DNA of 64,000 bases from the NCBI GenBank assembly GCA_965227515.1, contig CBDDFZ010000001.1:2752001-2816000 (forward strand), given 5' to 3'. Of the stretch, positions 26,776 to 36,622 are shown one piece after another (position 1 is the first letter of the stretch; the number at the start of each line of letters is the position of its first letter). A program made the translations under genes and the position numbers. The notes beneath the pieces were generated by a model. It did no database searches, had not been told where the DNA came from, and was given only the letters and a program-made list of their open reading frames with translations. The DNA comes from Alphaproteobacteria bacterium. GTDB taxonomy: Bacteria; Pseudomonadota; Alphaproteobacteria; CALKHQ01.

Positions 26776-27723
26776 ATGAGCAACGGCGCGAAAATCATCG
26801 AGGAGCGGCCGAACGATCCGGGTTCGGCCATGCCTCCCATTTCGGGCGCGAAGCGCGAGAAGCTGCGCGAAGTGGCGGCGTCGGGCCAGAGCCCGATGCG
26901 CACGACGATCTATTCGATCATCGCCATTTTCGTCGCGCTGATCTTCTTCTTCCCGATCTACTGGGCGGTCTCCAACAGCCTGCGGGCGCCGGCCGAGACC
27001 TTCACCGTGGCGGGGCTTGGGGTGCCGTTCGTCGACTTCAACCCGACGCTGGAAAACTGGGAATCCCAGCTTTCGGTGAAGGAAGCCGGCAACGCCATGC
27101 TCAACAGCCTGGTCATCTCCGGCATCGCGATGCTGATGGCGCTGGTGCTGGGCGTGCCGGCGGCCTATGCGCTGGCCCGGTTCCGCTTCCGGCCGATCCC
27201 GAACAAGGACATCACCGTCTGGTTCCTGTCGCAGCGCGTGCTGCCGCCAGTGGCGACCGTGGTGCCGTTCTTCATCATCTTCTCGTCTGTCGGACTGCTC
27301 GACACCCGCACCGGGCTGATCCTGGTCAATGCGACCTTCGTTCTGCCGTTCGTGGTGGTGATCACGCGCCAGACGTTTGTCGACTTACCGGTGGAGCTGG
27401 AGGAGGCAGCGCTGGTCGACGGCGCCTCGCACTGGACGGCGTTCTTCAAGATCGCGGTACCGCTGGCGCTGCCGGCCATCGCGGCCTCGGCATTGATCAT
27501 GTTCGCGTTCGCGTGGAACGAGTACCTGTTCGCGGTGATGTTCGCGGGCGAGGAGGCGGCGACCATGCCGGTGCACATTGCCGGCGGCGTCGACACCCGC
27601 GGCGTGCAGTTCTGGTTCGTCGCCGTGCGTTCGCTGATCGCGATGATCCCGCCCGTGGTGCTGGCCCTGCTGGCCCAGCGCTTCATCGTGCGCGGCCTCA
27701 CCCTGGGTGCGGTGAAAGGGTAA
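26776..27723 (+). CDS. Sugar ABC transporter permease
   Basis: AAYALARF, ELEEAALVDGAS, WNEYLFA, GLTLGAVKG. Confidence 0.92.
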   Translation: MSNGAKIIEERPNDPGSAMPPISGAKREKLREVAASGQSPMRTTIYSIIAIFVALIFFFPIYWAVSNSLRAPAETFTVAGLGVPFVDFNPTLENWESQLSVKEAGNAMLNSLVISGIAMLMALVLGVPAAYALARFRFRPIPNKDITVWFLSQRVLPPVATVVPFFIIFSSVGLLDTRTGLILVNATFVLPFVVVITRQTFVDLPVELEEAALVDGASHWTAFFKIAVPLALPAIAASALIMFAFAWNEYLFAVMFAGEEAATMPVHIAGGVDTRGVQFWFVAVRSLIAMIPPVVLALLAQRFIVRGLTLGAVKG

Positions 27724-27773
27724 TGACCTGAGTGTCCCAGCGCCCTAACCTGTACCGACACAGGGAAGGGGCG

Positions 27774-28316
27774 ATGGCCGACACGACGACACCGCAGACC
27801 GCGACGATCCGGGACGCGACCCCCGCCGATGCCGAGGCGGTGGCGCAAGTGCATGTGGACACCTGGCGCGACACCTATCCGGGCTTGGTGCCCGACACCT
27901 ATCTGGTCAAGCGGCTGGACGTGACCGAGCGGATGCGGTTCTGGCGCAAGGCGATCCGCAACCCGCCGGCCGACGAGCACCTGCAGGTCGCCGTACTGGA
28001 CAAGGTCGTGGGGTTTGTCTCCTACGGCCCGTGCCGGCACAGCGACGCGAAGGGCGAGGGCGAGATCTACGGGCTGTATGTGTTGCCCGAGGCGCAGGGA
28101 TTGGGCCTGGGCCGCGCGCTGGTCGATGCCGCTGCCAGGCGCTTTGCCGGCGAAGGGCGCGGCGAGATGGTGGTCGAGGCGCTGCGCGAGAACCCGGCGC
28201 GCCATTTCTATCAGGCCGTGGGCGCGCAGATCTCCGGCCAGGGCACCCACCGCTTCGCCGGCGTCGACCTGCCGGTCGTGTTCTACCGTTGGGTTGACCT
28301 GAACGCGTTTGCCTGA
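27774..28316 (+). CDS. GNAT family acetyltransferase
   Basis: LYVLPEAQGLGLGRAL, NPARHFY. Confidence 0.9.
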   Translation: MADTTTPQTATIRDATPADAEAVAQVHVDTWRDTYPGLVPDTYLVKRLDVTERMRFWRKAIRNPPADEHLQVAVLDKVVGFVSYGPCRHSDAKGEGEIYGLYVLPEAQGLGLGRALVDAAARRFAGEGRGEMVVEALRENPARHFYQAVGAQISGQGTHRFAGVDLPVVFYRWVDLNAFA

Positions 28317-28350
28317 GCAGCCGCCCGGCTGCCTCTCGGCGATGGGCGGC

Positions 28351-28569
28351 CTAGCGGTGATCGTCCTGCGACGAGTATGAGTACTCGCCGTTGCGCACCC
28401 TGACGTGGCTGGTCGAGCCGGAGGTGTCGGCGACCTGCATCTGCCGGCGCTCGTCCCGGCGCTGCTTCCATTCGATGAAGAAGGTCACCAGATGGATGAT
28501 CGCGAAGATCAGCCCGATGATGTTGGTGCCGTTGCTGCCGCCGTTCGATCCGAATTGATTGTATCGCAT
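28351..28569 (-). CDS. Small single-TM hypothetical protein
   Basis: GAGGGGA RBS; IIGLIFAIIHLVTFFIEW. Confidence 0.5.
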   Translation of the reverse strand: MRYNQFGSNGGSNGTNIIGLIFAIIHLVTFFIEWKQRRDERRQMQVADTSGSTSHVRVRNGEYSYSSQDDHR

Positions 28570-28615
28570 ATCATCGTCCCCTCTAAATGATGTGCGCCCG
28601 TCCCAGGGCCTAAAG

Positions 28616-28804
28616 TCAAAGCGGTGCGGTCACCACGTCCGTGGTCGTGTCCACGGCATCGACCGTCAGGTCGACAGCACCGCCGACAATACTGCCGGCG
28701 GCATCCACCGCGCCGCAGCCGGCCAGCGAAGTTGCGCCGGCCAGTCCTATCCCTGCCGCAATCAGTATCGTGCGCAGGTGAGGCGTATGTGAGAGCATTT
28801 TCAT
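28616..28804 (-). CDS. Small lipoprotein
   Basis: Lipobox LAGC, then amphipathic repeats GAVDLTVDAVD. Confidence 0.65.
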   Translation of the reverse strand: MKMLSHTPHLRTILIAAGIGLAGATSLAGCGAVDAAGSIVGGAVDLTVDAVDTTTDVVTAPL

Positions 28805-28815
28805 ATCAGCGCAGC

Positions 28816-29088
28816 CTAGAGTCCGCCGAACAACTCGGCAAGGCCGTCGAAGATGGAGCCGCTGGCTTCGGCGCTCGCTTCGGCAATGCCCGCTGTGGAC
28901 TCGGCGACGGCCGACGTCGCCTCGGCCGCGGAGGCAGCGCTTTCGGACACCGCCGACACGGCCTCGGGAGCCGCGCCGCTGTTGCTGGCGAGCGACGTGC
29001 CCGCTTCCGCGACACCGATGCCCGCCTCCAGAACGTCGCCCATGATCGATTCGGCCGTGTCCTCTTCGGTCTGGCGGGGAGTGTGCAT
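28816..29088 (-). CDS. Small acidic Ala/Ser/Glu-rich hypothetical protein
   Basis: GAGG RBS; co-oriented with neighbours; low complexity. Confidence 0.4.
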   Translation of the reverse strand: MHTPRQTEEDTAESIMGDVLEAGIGVAEAGTSLASNSGAAPEAVSAVSESAASAAEATSAVAESTAGIAEASAEASGSIFDGLAELFGGL

Positions 29089-29171
29089 CGGTTGTGCCTC
29101 GCTTCGTTATGATCGCAATGTGACACAACACAGATGGGCGCCGATTGTGGCCTCCGGGCGGCCAAATCGGA

Positions 29172-30710
29172 TCATTTGAGTGCGTTCAGGAAGCGTTCCG
29201 CGCTCTGGCGGGTGTCCGCCTTCTTGGCGTCGTCCATCCGGTCCCAGGTCGTATACATCTGCCGCAGGCGCTGGTTGTCGCCCAGCTTGTCGCGGTGGCG
29301 GGCCAGGAAGTCCCAGTAGAGGTAGTTGAACGGGCAGGCACCGTCGCCGGTCTTCTGCTTCACGTCATAGGCACAGCCGGCGCAGTAATCCGACATGCGA
29401 TTGATGTAGTTGCCGCCGCCGGCATAGGGTTTGGAGCCGAGCAGGCCGCCGTCGCCGTACTGGCTCATGCCCAGGGTGTTCGGCAGCTCGACCCACTCAT
29501 AGGCGTCGGCATAGACCAACAGGTACCATTCGTGCACCTCGCGCGGCGCCACGCCGGCCAGCATGGCGAAGTTGCCGGTGATCATCAGGCGCTGGATGTG
29601 GTGGGCGTAGGCGTGCCGCCGGGTCTGGTCGATGCAGGCCCGCAGGCAGGCCATGTCGGTCTCGCCGGTCCAGTAGAACGCGGGCAGCGGGCGCTGGTGG
29701 CCCAGAAAGTTGCGCTCCGCATACTCGGGCATGTGTTGCCAGTAGATGCCGCGCACGTACTCGCGCCAGCCGATGATCTGGCGGATGAAGCCCTCGACGG
29801 CGTTCAGCGGCGCGGCGCCGTCGTGGTAGGCGCGTTCGGCACGCCGGCACACGGCGAGCGGGTCAAGCAGCCCGGCGTTCAGGTAGAGGGCGATCACGGC
29901 GTGCGCCATGAAAGGCTCGCCGTCGATCATGGCGTCCTGGTAGTCGCCGAATGTGGGCAGGCTCTCGGCAATGAAGTGATCGAACGCGCGCTCGGCCTCG
30001 CGGCGGGTGACCGCGTAACGAAACGGGTGCAGGTCGCCGAAGTGGTCGTCGAAGCGCCGCCGCACCAGATCGAGCACCGCGTCCGTGGTCTCGCTGGTGG
30101 CGAACGTCAGCGGTTCCGGGAACCGCAGGCCCTTTTTCGGTGGCTTGCGGTTCTCCTTGTCGAAGTTCCATTGCCCGCCGACCGGGCCGTCGACCTCCAT
30201 CAACAGGCCGGTGTGGCGCCGCATCTCGCGATAGAAGTGCTCCATGCGCGGCTGCTTGCGGTCGTTCATCCAGCGGGCGAACGCGGCGTGGCTGCACACG
30301 AACCGGTCGTCCTCCAGGATCTCGACCGGTCGGTCGATGTCGTCCGCCAACTGGTCGAACGCGCGGGCCAGCCGCCATTCGCCGGCCTCGGTCAGCACGA
30401 CGGCATGGCAATCGTGGCGGTCGATGGCGGCCTTGATCTCGCCGACCAGCGTGCCGGTATTCCGGTCGCAGTCCAGGTGGGTGTAGTCGACCGTCCAGCC
30501 GTCATGGCGCAGCTCGGCCGCGAAGTGGCGCATGGCCGCGAACACGAAGGCGAGCTTCTTCTTGTGGTGGCGCACATAGGTCGCCTCTTCGGCGACCTCG
30601 GCCAACAGCACGACGTCGTGCTGGGGGTCAGCCGCCCTGAGGGCGGCAATTTCTGGCGACAACTGGTCGCCGAGAACGACGATCAGGCGGCGCTTTCCGC
30701 CGGTCTCCAT
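29172..30710 (-). CDS. FeS bacterial cryptochrome/(6-4) photolyase (PhrB/CryB-like)
   Basis: LGDQL, HHKKK, GGQWNFDKENRK, FGDYQDAM, HHIQRLM, SKPY, SDYCAGC, ACPFN. Confidence 0.93.
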   Translation of the reverse strand: METGGKRRLIVVLGDQLSPEIAALRAADPQHDVVLLAEVAEEATYVRHHKKKLAFVFAAMRHFAAELRHDGWTVDYTHLDCDRNTGTLVGEIKAAIDRHDCHAVVLTEAGEWRLARAFDQLADDIDRPVEILEDDRFVCSHAAFARWMNDRKQPRMEHFYREMRRHTGLLMEVDGPVGGQWNFDKENRKPPKKGLRFPEPLTFATSETTDAVLDLVRRRFDDHFGDLHPFRYAVTRREAERAFDHFIAESLPTFGDYQDAMIDGEPFMAHAVIALYLNAGLLDPLAVCRRAERAYHDGAAPLNAVEGFIRQIIGWREYVRGIYWQHMPEYAERNFLGHQRPLPAFYWTGETDMACLRACIDQTRRHAYAHHIQRLMITGNFAMLAGVAPREVHEWYLLVYADAYEWVELPNTLGMSQYGDGGLLGSKPYAGGGNYINRMSDYCAGCAYDVKQKTGDGACPFNYLYWDFLARHRDKLGDNQRLRQMYTTWDRMDDAKKADTRQSAERFLNALK

Positions 30711-30800
30711 TTGCGCAGCCACGACAACTCCTGTCGTTGGACCGCTGCGATGGTTCCCCGCATCGAGCGATGCTCAGATATGTTCGGGTTGATCCAAATT

Positions 30801-32564
30801 CTACTCTGCGGCGATGGCCGGCGAGCCGCGCAGGCGCGCAGTCTCCGCCTGGTCGACGACAAGTGCCTCCTCGTCGGAGAACGCGACGCCATAGTCCTCG
30901 CGCGCACCCTCGATCGAGACCAGGCCGTTCTTGACGTCCCACACCACCTTGTCGACGGGGCGCTGGAACGCATCGCCATAGCCACCGCCGCCCGGGTTCA
31001 TGTTGGCGGCGCGGTCGCCCGGGTTGATGGTCTGCAAGATGTTCTTCTTGATCGTCTCGGACTCGCCGTCACGGGTGATCTGGATGCGCCCGACCTTGGG
31101 CTCGACCATCGCCGACTTGGCGCCGGCCGCACCGGTCGCCGGAATACGCCGGCCCTCGCCGAAGGTGATGAAGGTCATCGGCTTGTCCAGGGGCTCCACT
31201 TCCCAGCAGGTGCCCGACCCGCCGCGGTACTTGCCGGCGCCGCCGCTGTCGGTCATCAGGCCGTATTTGTGGATGATGATCGGGTACGAGTATTCCAGCA
31301 GCTCGATGTCGCCGGAGGTCAGCGCGCCGAAGCAGCATTCCGGGCCGCAGGCGTGCCAGCCGTCCTGCTGCGGCGTGGCGCCGGCGCCGGAGATGATGGA
31401 GGCCAGCACCATGGTGACGTATTCCTCGTCATGGCGCGTGTCCCAGCCGGCGATGTTGCAGCCATTGGCGTGCCCCCAGCCGGCGCTCACCTTGTCGGGG
31501 GCCGCCTCTTCGAACGCCAGGCGCACCGCGTCGGTCAGCGTTTCCATCGGTGTGGTGGTGCAGTTCATGTGCGGGGCCGGCTCGACCGCGTTGCAGATGG
31601 TGCCCTTCGGCCCCATGTCGACCGTCACGCAGCGGTACAGGCCCTCGTTGTAGGGCGGGGGAAGCTGGGCGAACATCATCACGCCCAGATAGACGCCGGA
31701 GTAGGAATTCCCCTCGTAGGAATTGATGAAGTAGGGGATCTGCGGCGGGCTATCGATCTTGATGTCGCAGGTGTCGCCCGCGATGGTCACCTTGGCGGTG
31801 ATGTCCAGGTCGCCGAAGCCGTGGCCTGCGTCCTCCACCGTCGCGGTGCCGACATAGGTGCCGTCCGGAATGTCGCGCATCAGCGAGCGCATGTGCCGGT
31901 CGGCCATCGCCATCAGCTCGTCGATGCAGGCGCGCACCTGGTCCAGGCCGTACTTGTCCAGCATGGCGATCAGGTTGCGCTCGCCGACCTGGACCGCGCC
32001 GAGCTGGGCGTTGAAGTCGCCCTCCTGGTCGCGGCGCGCGCGCATGTTGGTCAGCAGCAGGTTGATGACGTCGTAGCGGCGCTCGCCCTTGGAGTAGATC
32101 TTCACCGGCGGAATGCGCAGCCCCTCGGCAAAGATCTCCTTGGCGTCGGGGTTGTAGCCGGCCGGCACCGGGCCGCCGATGTCGGTCAGGTGGCCCTTGC
32201 AGACGGTCCAGAACACCAACTCGCCCTTGTAGAACACCGGCTTGTACATGCAGGTGTCGATCATGTGGCTGCCCATGTAGGCAGGGTCGTTGTGCATGAT
32301 CACGTCGCCGGGGTGGATGTCGTCGCCGAAATAGCCGGCCACCGCCTTCATCGCCGGGATCAGCGAGCCCAGGTGGATCGGAATGTCCTGGCCCTGCATG
32401 ATCATTTCGGGGGTGTGGTTGAACAGCGCGTTGGAATAGTCGTGCGCCAGGTTGAACACGCTCGACCGCGCCGTCTTTTCCAGCGCCAGCGTCATCTCGC
32501 GCTGGGTCGTCTCCAGCACGCCGCGCACCACGGAAAGCGTGATCGGATCCACACGGTCGGACAT
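30801..32564 (-). CDS. Hydantoinase B/oxoprolinase family protein
   Basis: PIHLGS, NDPAYMGSH, HLTDIGG, EGLRIPP, DSGGAGKYRGG, PGGGGYG. Confidence 0.92.
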   Translation of the reverse strand: MSDRVDPITLSVVRGVLETTQREMTLALEKTARSSVFNLAHDYSNALFNHTPEMIMQGQDIPIHLGSLIPAMKAVAGYFGDDIHPGDVIMHNDPAYMGSHMIDTCMYKPVFYKGELVFWTVCKGHLTDIGGPVPAGYNPDAKEIFAEGLRIPPVKIYSKGERRYDVINLLLTNMRARRDQEGDFNAQLGAVQVGERNLIAMLDKYGLDQVRACIDELMAMADRHMRSLMRDIPDGTYVGTATVEDAGHGFGDLDITAKVTIAGDTCDIKIDSPPQIPYFINSYEGNSYSGVYLGVMMFAQLPPPYNEGLYRCVTVDMGPKGTICNAVEPAPHMNCTTTPMETLTDAVRLAFEEAAPDKVSAGWGHANGCNIAGWDTRHDEEYVTMVLASIISGAGATPQQDGWHACGPECCFGALTSGDIELLEYSYPIIIHKYGLMTDSGGAGKYRGGSGTCWEVEPLDKPMTFITFGEGRRIPATGAAGAKSAMVEPKVGRIQITRDGESETIKKNILQTINPGDRAANMNPGGGGYGDAFQRPVDKVVWDVKNGLVSIEGAREDYGVAFSDEEALVVDQAETARLRGSPAIAAE

Positions 32565-32701
32565 CTGAACCTCCTGCTGTCTGCTGTGGCGGTAATTAAC
32601 ACATAAGGCTGGGACCACGCCACGGCGTTGCCGGATTCCGCTGCCAGTTTGCGCGGTGCCGTGTAGTCTCGGCTGCGACGATCATCCGTGGAGAAATACA
32701 C

Positions 32702-33154
32702 ATGACGCATAAGATGTTGGCCGGCGCTGCCGGCGTCGCCCTGGTGCTGGCCTCGACCGTGGCCGGTGCCGCTGTGCAGGACGCATGGGCAGGCCGCGGT
32801 TGGGAGGCCTACAGCTCGATCTCGATGGCGATCACCGGCAACATCATCACAAACCCGACTGAGATCGTGTTCGGCAATGGCGCGACCATGCCGGTGCAGG
32901 TGGTGGCCGACGATGTGCAGGGCGCCTGGGGCGTCGGCAGCGAGATGGGGCCGGCGACCGTGCTGCGCATCACCCAGCCGGTCAATCCGCCGCTGGTGGA
33001 GGGCAACACCCTGTGCGGCGCGCAGCCGACCTACATCTCGCTCTACATCGAGCCGCAGGGCGGGCTGGCGATGACCGTCTATTGGGGAGACGTCATGCCG
33101 CAAAGCAGCCGCGGCGACGATGTCTGCGCGATGTATTTCTACGGCGCGATGTAG
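32702..33154 (+). CDS. Secreted hypothetical protein
   Basis: GGAGA RBS; signal peptide; AITGNI..NP..GNTLCG..VCAMYFY. Confidence 0.7.
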   Translation: MTHKMLAGAAGVALVLASTVAGAAVQDAWAGRGWEAYSSISMAITGNIITNPTEIVFGNGATMPVQVVADDVQGAWGVGSEMGPATVLRITQPVNPPLVEGNTLCGAQPTYISLYIEPQGGLAMTVYWGDVMPQSSRGDDVCAMYFYGAM

Positions 33155-33170
33155 GGGGCGGTTGAAGAAA

Positions 33171-33204
33171 ATAGCTTAACTGCTATATAGCTTTTAAGCT
33201 ATAT
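33171..33204. promoter_or_regulatory. Tandem palindromic operator of the TA operon
   Basis: ATAGC-N6-GCTAT twice; perfect inverted repeat ATATAGCTT-TT-AAGCTATAT at 33185-33204. Confidence 0.65.
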
Positions 33205-33212
33205 TGCCTGCG

Positions 33213-33444
33213 ATGGCATGGACGGTTGTCTTCTTTGACGCGTTTGAACGCGAGTTCAACGCGTACTCGGACAGTGTGCAGGATGCCATCTTGGCGCATC
33301 GCGTTTGCATTCGATCCGGAGCGCAAGGCCGTGTTGCTCGTTGCGGGCGACAAGTCCGGGACCAGCCAGAAGCGCTTCTACAAGCAGCTTGTCGCGAGGG
33401 CCGATGAGCGATTCGATCGCCATCTCGGTGAACTGAAAGGGTAG
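33213..33444 (+). pseudogene. RelE/ParE (HigB-like) toxin with an internal deletion and frameshift
   Basis: N-terminus MAWTVVFFDAFEREF...QDAILAH in one frame, C-terminus WRIAFAFDPERKAVLLVAGDKSG in another; the central part is missing. Confidence 0.8.
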
Positions 33445-33448
33445 GATT

Positions 33449-33784
33449 ATGGCCAAGACGCTGGCCGAGAAGATGAGGGAACTGCCGGTCGACCGACGTG
33501 CTCGGATCGAAGGCGAGACCGCGCGTTTGCATCAGGAGTATCTGACCCTGCGCCAGTTGCGCAAAGCGAAGGAACTGACCCAGGTCCAACTCGCCGAGAA
33601 GCTGGGCATTCGCCAGGCCACCGTGGCGCAAATGGAAAAGCGCAGCGATCTGATGCTCTCGACACTGCGTGGCTATGTGGAAGCCATGGGTGGACGACTT
33701 AACCTGGTCGTCGAATTCCCGGATGGGGCGCCTGTGCGGCTAGACGGCATCGGCGATGCCGATGAGCCGGCCGTGCGGACCTAA
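33449..33784 (+). CDS. XRE/HigA-type antitoxin
   Basis: LRQLRKAKELTQVQLAEKLGIRQATVAQMEKRSD...YVEAMGG. Confidence 0.9.
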   Translation: MAKTLAEKMRELPVDRRARIEGETARLHQEYLTLRQLRKAKELTQVQLAEKLGIRQATVAQMEKRSDLMLSTLRGYVEAMGGRLNLVVEFPDGAPVRLDGIGDADEPAVRT

Positions 33785-33810
33785 ACCGCTGACCTAGAAC
33801 TGCTTGTGCG

Positions 33811-34566
33811 TCACCACGCCGACCAGCCGCCGTCGACCATGATGTTGGCGCCATGCACGGTGCGCGCGTCGTCGCTGGCCAGGTAGACCGCGGTGCCGGC
33901 CATGTCCTCGGCCGGCAGGAACGCCTCGCCGTTCGGCGTCAGGTCGGCGCACTTGGCCGCCCAGGCGGCATCCGCGCGCAACTCCTCGTTCAACGGCGTG
34001 ATGATGTTGCCCGGCGACAGCGCGTTGACGTTGATGCCGTGCGGCGCCAACTCCAGCGCCAGGGCGCGGGTCATGTTGATCAGCCCGCCCTTGGACGCGC
34101 AATAGGCGGCGGAATTCGGGAAGCCGCCGACGCCGGCGATCGAGGCGATGTTGACGATCTTGCCCGCCTGCTGGGCCTTCATCGTCGGCAGCACGGCGCG
34201 GGCCATGAAGAAGCACGATTTCAGGTTGAGATCGAGCTGGGCGTCCCACACCGCCTCGGTGGTCTCCTCCACCGGGCAGGGGGTGAACACGCCGGCATTG
34301 TTGACCAGGATGTCGATGGTGCCGAAGGCATCCAGCACCGCCGCGGCGACGTCGTCGCAGGCGCCCGTCCCGGTGATGTCGGCGGCGACATGGCGCGCGG
34401 TGCCGTCGCTGCTGGCGACGTCGGCCAGCAGGTCCTGGGCGCGCTGTCCAAGCGAACGGCTGACGATGGCGACCTTCGCACCCTCGGCGGCGAAGCGCTT
34501 GGCGATGGCGGCGCCGATCCCCTGCGAGCCACCGGTGACGATGGCGACCTTGTCCTTGAGCCTCAT
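33811..34566 (-). CDS. SDR family oxidoreductase
   Basis: TGGSQGIG, NNAG, YCASK, VDGG. Confidence 0.93.
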   Translation of the reverse strand: MRLKDKVAIVTGGSQGIGAAIAKRFAAEGAKVAIVSRSLGQRAQDLLADVASSDGTARHVAADITGTGACDDVAAAVLDAFGTIDILVNNAGVFTPCPVEETTEAVWDAQLDLNLKSCFFMARAVLPTMKAQQAGKIVNIASIAGVGGFPNSAAYCASKGGLINMTRALALELAPHGINVNALSPGNIITPLNEELRADAAWAAKCADLTPNGEAFLPAEDMAGTAVYLASDDARTVHGANIMVDGGWSAW

Positions 34567-34994
34567 TTGTCCTCCGGTGTCGGGCGATAGATCGGCCCGC
34601 GGTCGATAACCGCCTGCAACAGCCCGTCTTCCAAATAGTCGCCTTCCTCCTCGGGCATCACCGGACGGCTCTCCTGCCCGGGGTAGCCGAGGCGGTCGCG
34701 CACGCCCGGGTCCATGTAGTAGGCGGCGGCCGCGATGGTGCCGATGGCCTGCAACGCTGCCGGGTCGTCCCGGTTGAGCCCGTCGGCGGCCTCGGCCGGC
34801 GGCACGCCGGCAGCCTTGCCGAGCGCGCGCCGCAGGTCGGGCCACAACTCCGGCCGCAGGGACAGCACGTGGTCGGCCGGCGCGTGCTGCACGCCGACGT
34901 CGCTCGCCGACGGCATGCCTGCCGCCGCCGGGATCAGCACGTCGGCGACGCCCGCGAACACGGCGCGGTCAGCATCGGACAGCATTTCGGTCAC
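34563..34994 (-). CDS. GMC oxidoreductase small (gluconate 2-dehydrogenase subunit 3-like) partner
   Basis: ADVLIP..MPSASDVG; YYMDP..LGYPGQ; overlaps both neighbours. Confidence 0.75.
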   Translation of the reverse strand: MTEMLSDADRAVFAGVADVLIPAAAGMPSASDVGVQHAPADHVLSLRPELWPDLRRALGKAAGVPPAEAADGLNRDDPAALQAIGTIAAAAYYMDPGVRDRLGYPGQESRPVMPEEEGDYLEDGLLQAVIDRGPIYRPTPEDK

Positions 34995-36622
34995 GCGGCG
35001 GCCTCCTCGGCGCCGCGCGCCTCGATCATCCGGTAGACACAGCGCAACGCGACGGCGCTGATGGTGGCGGTCGGGTTGAAGCCGGAAGACGTCACGAAGG
35101 TCGATCCATCGATAATGTAGAGATTGGGCACGTCGTGGGCACGGCCCCACTGGTCGACCACGGAGCGCGCAGGATCGGTGCCCATGCGGCAGGTGCCCAT
35201 CAGGTGCCAGCCGCAGTCGCGCATCAGATGGGTGATGGAGGTCTCATAAGCGCCGGCAGCTTCCATTGCCTCGGTGGCGCGGGCAAGGTGGAAGTCGATC
35301 AGCCGGCGGGTGTTTTCGGAGTTCTGGTAGATCACCTTCGGCGCCGGGTTGCCGTCGCTGTCCTTCAGCACCGGGTCCAGGACCACGCGGTTCTCCGGAT
35401 CGGGCAAGTCTTCGGCGATGATGCCCCACTCGAACGAGCGGCCCAGCCGCTTGGCGGTGTTGCGGTGCAAATTCTCGCCCCACGCTTCCTGCAAGGCGTT
35501 GCCGCCATAGACCGAGCGCATGCCGAGCGGGCCGCCGGTGGGCATGCAGTTCCACTTGGCGCCGCGCACGAAGCCGCGGCTGTCGTCGGTCTCGTAGAAC
35601 TGCATCGATTGCAGCGACTGGCCGGCCGGGCCGCGCCACGTCTCCAGCATCTCCTCGAAATAGCCGACCACGGCCGCAAACGGGTGCATCATCAGATTGC
35701 GGCCGACCAGGCCGGAGCTGTTGGCCAGCCCGTCGGGAAATTCAGGGCAGGCCGACATCTGCAACAGCCGCGGCGTGCCGATGCCGTTGCAGCACACGAT
35801 CACCCGGTCCGCCGCCACATGGTGCTCGGCGCCGGCACGGTCGCGGTAGACGGCACCGGTGGCCCGGCCGTCCTTACCGACCGTGATGCGGCTGACCCTG
35901 GCGCCGGTGATCAGCCGCGCGCCGTCCCTGGTCGCCAGCGGCCAGTGGGTCAGGTCGAACGACGCCTTGGCCTGCTCCGGACAGCCCTGCATGCACGAGC
36001 CGCGACGGGCACAGGCGCTGAGATTGCGATAGGCGCGGGTGGGAATCGCCTGGCTGGCCGGCCACCAGTGCCAGCCGAGCTTGTTCATGCCGGCCGCCGC
36101 GACCTGGCCGAATCGGCCAATCGGAAACGGCGGCAAAGGGGGCGGCGTCATGGGCGGATAGGCGGGGTCTCCGGCCAGGCCGGAAACGCCCATTTCAATA
36201 TCCATGAAGTCGTAGAACGGTTCTAAATCCTCATAGGTGAACGGCCAGTCGTCCGCCACGCCGTCCAATGTGCGCACGCGAAAGTCGGATGGCATGAACC
36301 GTTGCCAGTGCGCGGCATAGATCACGGTGCTGCCACCGACGGCTGCAAACATCAGTGGATTGACGTCGGATGCCGACACGTCGATCGGGTAGTCGTCGGC
36401 CAATCCGCGCACGTTCGGATTCGGGTGCCAGCGCCTTTGGGACATCAACTCCCACTCAGGCTTCGCGCCGAAAAAGGCATCCGGCGAAACCGGTCCGCCC
36501 TGTTCCAGGCACACCACGTCGACGCCGGCTTCGGCCAGGTGGCGCGCGGCCACCGCGCCGCTGGCGCCGGCACCCACGATCAGCACCTCGGCGGTCGCGC
36601 GGCTCGCATTAAGATTCGTCAA
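34991..36622 (-). CDS. GMC family FAD oxidoreductase
   Basis: GAGASG, VGGST, CARRGSCMQGC, HLMGTCRMG, NPTATI. Confidence 0.92.
   Translation of the reverse strand: MTNLNASRATAEVLIVGAGASGAVAARHLAEAGVDVVCLEQGGPVSPDAFFGAKPEWELMSQRRWHPNPNVRGLADDYPIDVSASDVNPLMFAAVGGSTVIYAAHWQRFMPSDFRVRTLDGVADDWPFTYEDLEPFYDFMDIEMGVSGLAGDPAYPPMTPPPLPPFPIGRFGQVAAAGMNKLGWHWWPASQAIPTRAYRNLSACARRGSCMQGCPEQAKASFDLTHWPLATRDGARLITGARVSRITVGKDGRATGAVYRDRAGAEHHVAADRVIVCCNGIGTPRLLQMSACPEFPDGLANSSGLVGRNLMMHPFAAVVGYFEEMLETWRGPAGQSLQSMQFYETDDSRGFVRGAKWNCMPTGGPLGMRSVYGGNALQEAWGENLHRNTAKRLGRSFEWGIIAEDLPDPENRVVLDPVLKDSDGNPAPKVIYQNSENTRRLIDFHLARATEAMEAAGAYETSITHLMRDCGWHLMGTCRMGTDPARSVVDQWGRAHDVPNLYIIDGSTFVTSSGFNPTATISAVALRCVYRMIEARGAEEAAA

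Noticed and set aside
23950-27723. Sugar ABC cluster without an ATPase as a novelty
   Set aside because: Carbohydrate ABC systems commonly share an ATPase encoded elsewhere.
29145-32606. 1153-aa + strand ORF and similar long ORFs (23992-25722, 12493-14046, 20519-21841, 41790-43325, 54836-56533)
   Set aside because: Antisense shadows of well-supported genes; stop codons are scarce in high-GC DNA and these have no motifs.
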